8,109 bases of DNA from Candidatus Syntropharchaeum caldarium (lineage in GTDB: Archaea > Halobacteriota > Syntropharchaeia > Syntropharchaeales > Syntropharchaeaceae). Positions 1-4,418 of the stretch are shown here, one piece after another; position 1 is the first letter of the stretch, and every line of letters starts with the position of its first letter. Below the pieces are notes generated by a model. That model was not told where the DNA came from. It worked only from the letters and a program-made list of their open reading frames with translations, and made no database searches. Both the position numbers and the translations under genes were made by a program. Location: positions 46,945 through 55,053 of the forward strand of contig LYOS01000003.1 of the NCBI GenBank assembly GCA_001766815.1. Direction: 5' to 3'.

Positions 1-1847
1 ATAACGGTTCCACTCTCAACCATACGCTCAAGCTCATCCGGTGCCCATGTACCGACGTTTCTTCCCTGATGGAGCATGAGATCGAGAAGCTCCTTCTCAT
101 CAGGCACCTCTCCTTCCACATCATACCCCTCTGCCTTCATCGCATCAAGGAGGTCTGTGAGGCTCGGGACGATATCGAGGTAGCTTGCACCGAGGTTATC
201 CTTTCCTCCACCGTGGTTGTAGTAGATTATCGCAACTTTCTTATCCGAGTTCTCCTTTCTGTGAAGCTCTGCCCATGACATTGCCCGTTCGGTTATCCAC
301 TCAAGCTGGTGATCGAACGGCCTGTAGTAGAGCTCACCACTCACCGGATCCTTCTCCTTGCCTGAAAAGAGTATGAACTCGGTCTCACCATCCAGTTCCG
401 GAAGAGCGATCTGCCATGCAACCTCTGATGGTGATAACCCGTTGCTCTCATTCCATTTACTCTCATTCATGTAGACGCTCATGATTCCCTTGATCGGGGT
501 GACGTTCAGCTGCTGGAGGTAACCGATCCCCTCGTCTTCATGATGGTGCCACAGCCTGAATGAGTTGATGACGATAAGTGAGTCAACCAGTGGCTTGCCA
601 TCTCTGAAGAAATGTTCCGTGGTATCCGGGTCCTTGTAGCTGAAACTTCCAAATATCACATTCGCGCCCTTATCCTCTATCTTTCTTATGAGTGGATCGA
701 GTGTCTCGTATGAACCGTACTTCCCTGAGACATAGTAATAGTGGATGCCTATCGTGGGTGCACTCTCGTTATATCTCCCTGTGCTCTCATACCATGTGAG
801 ATAATCATCTATCGAGGAGAAAATTCCGAGTCCCTGGATTCCCTCAGCCTCTGCCTTTGCATCCGGGTGATATATTCCGAACTGCGGTATCACAACAGGT
901 GATGGGATTTCATCAACCCCAAAATCGCTTACCGGGATATCGCAGAGTTTCACACCCAAAAATACGAGTAATCCCCTCATGTTATCATTCCCACCGTTTG
1001 CCCAGTATGTGGCAATATCGGCAAATTCAGGGGATGAAAGGTTTACAGAAGACATACCATAGACGTCAGTGAAGCTGGTCGTAATCACATCAGCACCCTT
1101 AGCCTTTGCCTCAAGCACCGTATCCTTGAGTGCATCCTGTACCGGGTAACCGATCATCCAGAGGAAGATGACATCCTGATCGCTCAGGTTCAGACCCTGA
1201 TAGCTCTCTGGATCATCGTGCGTGTATGTACAGAGAGATACGTTGAGATTTCGCGTGATGTAAACATCATCCAAAGTATTCTCAAGCCATGCAGCGTATG
1301 ATGAGACCTCAGATACAACAAAAGCCACCTTTGCTCTTCCTGCAGGCGGCTCAGGTGGATCCATCGCTGTGCTGTTGCCATAGAACCTGTTATCCATGTA
1401 GGTAATGAGATTCCTTATGTTCTCATCACCGCCCCAGACCCAGTACTTCGTGATGTTCACATCATCCACATTTCCGATGCTTACGTTGGAGCTTAAGTTG
1501 TATGCAAAAACATACGCACTCTGGCTTAGTGTTTGATTTATGCTTGTAACGGTTTCATTATCGAGAGAAGCCAGAAACAGAACGCTTTCATTGCTGAAAT
1601 TCGCTGCTTTTGCCTCTGTTGCATTATATATGCTGATATTTACCGTAGCATTCACCGCTGCGTTCACAAGCGAGGCTAAATTCTCATCTGTTCCAAGAAC
1701 AAAGACGATTCTATTATCCTGTTCATCCGTCTGTACCTGTGCAAATGTCACCAACGGCACAAACAACTGTACCATCAACAAGAGCAATACCAGTGGTGCG
1801 ATCGAACGCACCCTTTTTATACGATTTCTTCCAATTCCATCATGCAT
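1..1847 (-). CDS. cobN: CobN/Mg-chelatase-family large-subunit homologue, N-terminal 615 codons (the rest lies beyond the window start). A predicted Sec signal peptide or N-terminal anchor suggests it is extracytoplasmic.
   Basis: It is absent from the ORF track because it runs off the window. I translated the reverse complement codon by codon from ATG 1847..1845, and the frame stays open for 615 codons down to position 3. An SD-like GAGGTGATC (1860..1852) lies 4 nt upstream of the ATG. The N-terminus MHDGIGRNRIKRVRSIAPLVLLLLMVQLFVPLVTFAQVQ has a basic n-region, a hydrophobic core and a TFA/Q cleavage-like site. Later blocks resemble the N-terminal half of CobN/ChlH proteins by eye: PTIGIHYYYVSGKYGSYETLDPLIRKIEDKGANVIF, KVAIIYYNHGGGKDNLGASYLDIVPSLTDLLDAMKAEGYDV and HQGRNVGTWAPDELERMV. 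Confidence 0.85.
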   Translation of the reverse strand, partial: MHDGIGRNRIKRVRSIAPLVLLLLMVQLFVPLVTFAQVQTDEQDNRIVFVLGTDENLASLVNAAVNATVNISIYNATEAKAANFSNESVLFLASLDNETVTSINQTLSQSAYVFAYNLSSNVSIGNVDDVNITKYWVWGGDENIRNLITYMDNRFYGNSTAMDPPEPPAGRAKVAFVVSEVSSYAAWLENTLDDVYITRNLNVSLCTYTHDDPESYQGLNLSDQDVIFLWMIGYPVQDALKDTVLEAKAKGADVITTSFTDVYGMSSVNLSSPEFADIATYWANGGNDNMRGLLVFLGVKLCDIPVSDFGVDEIPSPVVIPQFGIYHPDAKAEAEGIQGLGIFSSIDDYLTWYESTGRYNESAPTIGIHYYYVSGKYGSYETLDPLIRKIEDKGANVIFGSFSYKDPDTTEHFFRDGKPLVDSLIVINSFRLWHHHEDEGIGYLQQLNVTPIKGIMSVYMNESKWNESNGLSPSEVAWQIALPELDGETEFILFSGKEKDPVSGELYYRPFDHQLEWITERAMSWAELHRKENSDKKVAIIYYNHGGGKDNLGASYLDIVPSLTDLLDAMKAEGYDVEGEVPDEKELLDLMLHQGRNVGTWAPDELERMVESGTV

Positions 1848-1868
1848 ATCTGATCACCTCGGGTATGT

Positions 1869-1924
1869 TCAACCGTGATGCCCCCTCTGCCTGCAAGCGA
1901 AGTTGGGGCATCACAGACGGTTGA
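1869..1924 (-). promoter_or_regulatory. Intercistronic RNA stem-loop between the ExbD-like gene and the CobN-like gene (16 bp stem, 4-nt bulge, 20-nt loop)
   Basis: The minus-strand RNA reads UCAACC-GUCU-GUGAUGCCCC-[AACUUCGCUUGCAGGCAGAG]-GGGGCAUCAC-GGUUGA. The 10-bp inner stem (1875..1884 with 1905..1914) and the 6-bp outer stem (1869..1874 with 1919..1924) are perfect Watson-Crick complements. It starts immediately after the upstream stop codon (1925..1927) and ends 8 nt before the SD of the CobN-like gene. No oligo-U tract follows it. Confidence 0.6.
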
Positions 1925-2320
1925 TCAACCTTTTGATGTACCATTTTCTGGGATGTATATCACCTCTCCAGTATCAAGTCTATAAGCAGTTCCAAGCTTT
2001 CTGCCCTGTCCGCCCGCGATTTTCTCTGTTGCGTTCAGGACCTTTATCACGTCATGATCCTTGATTATCACCTGCATATCAGGCTCACCTGGGTTCTTGA
2101 CGATCGTGACAGATGCATCAGGATCAAGAAGCTCAGGTATGTTGTATGAGAGTACGAGTGCAACTAAAAGCGCTACAGCAAAGACCATCGCAACATCAAA
2201 GAGGTTTGCAACACTTGCCAGTGGATCATCTTCATCTTCAAAAATTGACTCCAGCCTCCTTTGTCTCACTTCAATACCTCCACAACATACTCCATATCGC
2301 TTAAATCCTGTGTGTACCAT
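1925..2320 (-). CDS. ExbD/TolR-like single-pass membrane protein (DUF2149-type). The true start is probably GTG at 2269, giving 114 aa.
   Basis: This is an ORF-track entry (131 aa from ATG 2320), but that start overlaps the MotA-like gene by 55 nt. An in-frame GTG at 2269..2267 overlaps the MotA-like TGA as GTGA and follows GGAGGT. That start gives M-RQRRLESIFEDEDDPLASVANLFDVAMVFAVALLVALVL. The layout is a short charged N-terminus, one TM helix with an Asp at its cytoplasmic edge (LFDVAMVF, compare E. coli ExbD FIDVMLVLL), then a small beta-rich C-terminal domain of about 70 aa. It sits directly downstream of a MotA/ExbB-type gene, as exbD, tolR and motB do. Confidence 0.8.
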   Translation of the reverse strand: MVHTGFKRYGVCCGGIEVRQRRLESIFEDEDDPLASVANLFDVAMVFAVALLVALVLSYNIPELLDPDASVTIVKNPGEPDMQVIIKDHDVIKVLNATEKIAGGQGRKLGTAYRLDTGEVIYIPENGTSKG

Positions 2321-2883
2321 CGCTTCTTGACAATAAGAACTGCGTAAGCGATTCCTCCTGTTAAAATACCGAGAACCGTGGTTGCAAATGCGATCGCAAG
2401 GTTTGATGCCAGCGCCTCGATATTGCCAGAGGATAAGCCCATGAGGGCAGGCCCCATCGGTATCAGTGTTCCCATGAGTCCAAGCATCGGTGCAATCCTT
2501 GAGATGAGTCTTGGTATCTCAAGTTCACGGGCAATCCTTAGCTCATAGTCCTGTAAAAGCTTCTCCGCCTCGATCGAAAAGTTCGCAGCATCGATAGAGC
2601 GTGTAAGATCTGTTATGAAGCTCTCAAGGAGGAAGTTTGAGCCTGAACTCCTGAGTACGCTTGAAGCTTCTTTGAAGTTTTTAAGCTCGATATTCTCCTT
2701 TGCAAGCTTCACTCCAGACTTGAGCCTGCTGAAATCCCTGTTTCTTGATGCATACTCAGATATGAACTGCCCAACGATCACGAATGAGAATGCGACGAGT
2801 ATGAGAAGCGCGATGACTACAGGATAGAGAAGTGAATTTGATATTACAAACATCAATCCCATTATTCCAGATGATATATCCAT
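2266..2883 (-). CDS. MotA/TolQ/ExbB-family proton-channel protein (205 aa)
   Basis: This is an ORF-track entry. It has an N-terminal TM helix, a cytoplasmic helical region of about 90 aa, and then two C-terminal TM helices with the family signatures IAPMLGLMGTLIPMGPAL (compare ExbB/TolQ APLLGLLGTV) and LAIAFATTVLGILTGGIAYAV (compare ExbB ALIATAIGL). Its ATG (2883..2881) overlaps the upstream TAA by 1 nt (TAATG). Confidence 0.9.
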   Translation of the reverse strand: MDISSGIMGLMFVISNSLLYPVVIALLILVAFSFVIVGQFISEYASRNRDFSRLKSGVKLAKENIELKNFKEASSVLRSSGSNFLLESFITDLTRSIDAANFSIEAEKLLQDYELRIARELEIPRLISRIAPMLGLMGTLIPMGPALMGLSSGNIEALASNLAIAFATTVLGILTGGIAYAVLIVKKRWYTQDLSDMEYVVEVLK

Positions 2884-3599
2884 TATTGACCCCCTTTTAC
2901 CGTTGAACGATTAAATCTATGGCTGAAGAAGCCGGATAGTATAAGAAAAGCAATTATGAAGAAAGAGGTTGCGGTCTCCTTCAAATTAAACGGAATTTCA
3001 ACCGATGGGAATGATTGTGCCTGAATATACGCAGGGATGATAATCGGTGAGATCAGATAGAAAAGACCAAATATGATCATCGCTGTTCCGAGTGCAGAGG
3101 GGCTTTTAACTCCAAACCTGGTTGCAAGTGTGGATATCGAGAAGGATGAGAGTGTGACACCGATGAAGAAGATCGTACCCAGACCTAAACCGATCCTGAA
3201 GTTACTCACATCGAGTGAGTTTGAAAGAATCACACATGAGAGAAAGGTCGCGGTCACACAGACCGGGCATGGTAATGAGAGTATTAAAAATGTCTTTCTC
3301 GAATGATCAGATCCACAGGATAACCACTCCTTCTTTGTATGGATACCAAAGAGTATGAGACCGATGGCAATAATAAGGTGCATCGTAACACCAGCGGCAA
3401 GTATCCCTTCTGTTAGATCTGAAGGAATGATCCCGACGAGGAGTGCCATCACGATTGATAGAAGAAAATAGCTTGAAGCAAGATATAGCACCTCACGTCG
3501 ATTGAGGCTTGCAAATCCACACCCTATACCGGTCTTAAGCGCCAGTATCGCGATGCCGATCAGAACACCTGTCGCTATAAGACCCGTTATTTCTGTCAA
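2883..3599 (-). CDS. Polytopic membrane protein, DUF2162-like predicted transporter, with an intramembrane CPVC motif (238 aa)
   Basis: This is an ORF-track entry. The start is TTG 3599..3597, preceded by GGAGTGAT (3613..3606) with 6-nt spacing, and an in-frame TAA lies 8 codons upstream. I count about seven hydrophobic segments. A Cys/His cluster reads SCGSDHS...LPCPVCV...LSCV (residues 95-122). The DUF2162 name comes from my memory of archaeal clusters of DUF2162, MotA-like, DUF2149 and CobN genes. It needs HMM confirmation. Confidence 0.7.
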   Translation of the reverse strand: MTEITGLIATGVLIGIAILALKTGIGCGFASLNRREVLYLASSYFLLSIVMALLVGIIPSDLTEGILAAGVTMHLIIAIGLILFGIHTKKEWLSCGSDHSRKTFLILSLPCPVCVTATFLSCVILSNSLDVSNFRIGLGLGTIFFIGVTLSSFSISTLATRFGVKSPSALGTAMIIFGLFYLISPIIIPAYIQAQSFPSVEIPFNLKETATSFFIIAFLILSGFFSHRFNRSTVKGGQ

Positions 3600-3677
3600 T
3601 ATGCCATCACTCCATACCTCTTAACTTTAGTAGAATCAAAAAATCTTACCTGTTAATAAATGTTTCGATATTTTAAG
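3600..3677 (-). promoter_or_regulatory. AT-rich inter-unit spacer with candidate archaeal TATA elements and a T6 tract (possible terminator and/or internal promoter)
   Basis: The minus-strand sequence is CTTAAAATATCGAAACATTTATTAACAGGTAAGATTTTTTGATTCTACTAAAGTTAAGAGGTATGGAGTGATGGCATA. TATA-like TTAAAATA lies at 3676..3669 and TTTATTAA at 3660..3653. T6 lies at 3643..3638. This and the 77-nt hairpin spacer at 1848..1924 are the only real intergenic gaps in an otherwise overlapping gene chain. The signals are short and degenerate. Confidence 0.3.
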
Positions 3678-4418
3678 TTAAAACAAGTTTACTTTATTAC
3701 ATCTGATACTCTGGTTGTTACGATCACTATTTGTATTAACGAATCGATGAGATCGCCCCCGTTGATGCAGTTCATCCATAATCCTCCTTTTAAGCTCGAA
3801 TATGAGGATGAACAAACCTGTCAGGAATATCACAACTCCTGCAATGATATTTGCTCTTCTCTCATTCTGGGGTGGGATCTTTCTTCCAGGAAGGTTTGTG
3901 AGATAGACGAGGACCCCCATCGTAAGAATCGTAAGCACCGCAAAGGTTATCATCGTAATCGCACCGAGCATTGCCCCTTTGAGTGATGCGATCACAAAGA
4001 TCGGGATTGCAGGAATACAGGGCATCATCCCGAGGATGAGTGCAAGCGAATAGAGTGTCTCATCATGGTGGGGGTCATGATCATCATGGTGATGAGGATA
4101 ATGCCTGTGAGAGTGGTGACCATGCAGAGCCATAACTGCGTAGAGTACTCCAAACCCACACAGAAGGTATCCTGCGAGGTTTTCTACAAAGGATGCTATG
4201 TACGCTGAGAATTCAAGCCCAACCACAAGTGCAATAAGCCCGATCAGTATTGACCCTGATACATGGGCAGATCCAACCAGTAGAACCGCCTTTACAATCT
4301 TCTTCTGGTCCCAGCGCTTTGCAAGAGCGAGCATCGAGATTGGAAGGTAGTGATCCGGAACGATTGTGTGAAGGATTGCGATTGTAGCTATCGCAACTAC
4401 GAATGTCAGAGCTTCCAT
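3678..4418 (-). CDS. Nickel/cobalt permease of the NicO/RcnA-like family with a His-rich loop (246 aa). Transport direction is unknown.
   Basis: This is an ORF-track entry with six hydrophobic segments. TM1 carries LHTIVPDH, which fits the H-x4-D-H Ni/Co-transporter signature (RcnA has HGLEPGH at the same place). The loop between TM3 and TM4 is HGHHSHRHYPHHHDDHDPHHDE, with 13 His in 22 residues. TM4 has GMMPCIPAIP (RcnA has GGLIPCPAAI). Its ATG 4418 follows the cbiO TAG with no spacer, and a GAGGTTGAT SD lies inside the end of cbiO. Confidence 0.8.
   Translation of the reverse strand: MEALTFVVAIATIAILHTIVPDHYLPISMLALAKRWDQKKIVKAVLLVGSAHVSGSILIGLIALVVGLEFSAYIASFVENLAGYLLCGFGVLYAVMALHGHHSHRHYPHHHDDHDPHHDETLYSLALILGMMPCIPAIPIFVIASLKGAMLGAITMITFAVLTILTMGVLVYLTNLPGRKIPPQNERRANIIAGVVIFLTGLFILIFELKRRIMDELHQRGRSHRFVNTNSDRNNQSIRCNKVNLF

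Noticed and set aside
69-1924. ORF-track entries 69..278(+), 185..376(+), 857..1072(+), 1190..1381(-), 1540..1878(+) and 1739..1924(+)
   Set aside because: All lie inside, antisense to, or out of frame with the 615-codon CobN-like reading frame, which has clear family similarity. Their translations are low-complexity with no recognisable motifs. They are shadow ORFs of a long coding region.
1848-1924. Possible cobalamin riboswitch in the hairpin spacer or in the 7424..7560 leaders
   Set aside because: I looked for a B12-box-like element and the multi-helix architecture. Only a single hairpin is present, the leaders are too short, and cobalamin riboswitches are not established in archaea.
2061-3306. 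Plus-strand ORFs 2061..2330, 2113..2304, 2615..2827 and 3073..3306
   Set aside because: They are antisense to the ExbD-like, MotA-like and DUF2162-like genes. They are Ser/Thr/Leu-rich mirror translations with no start context and no motifs.
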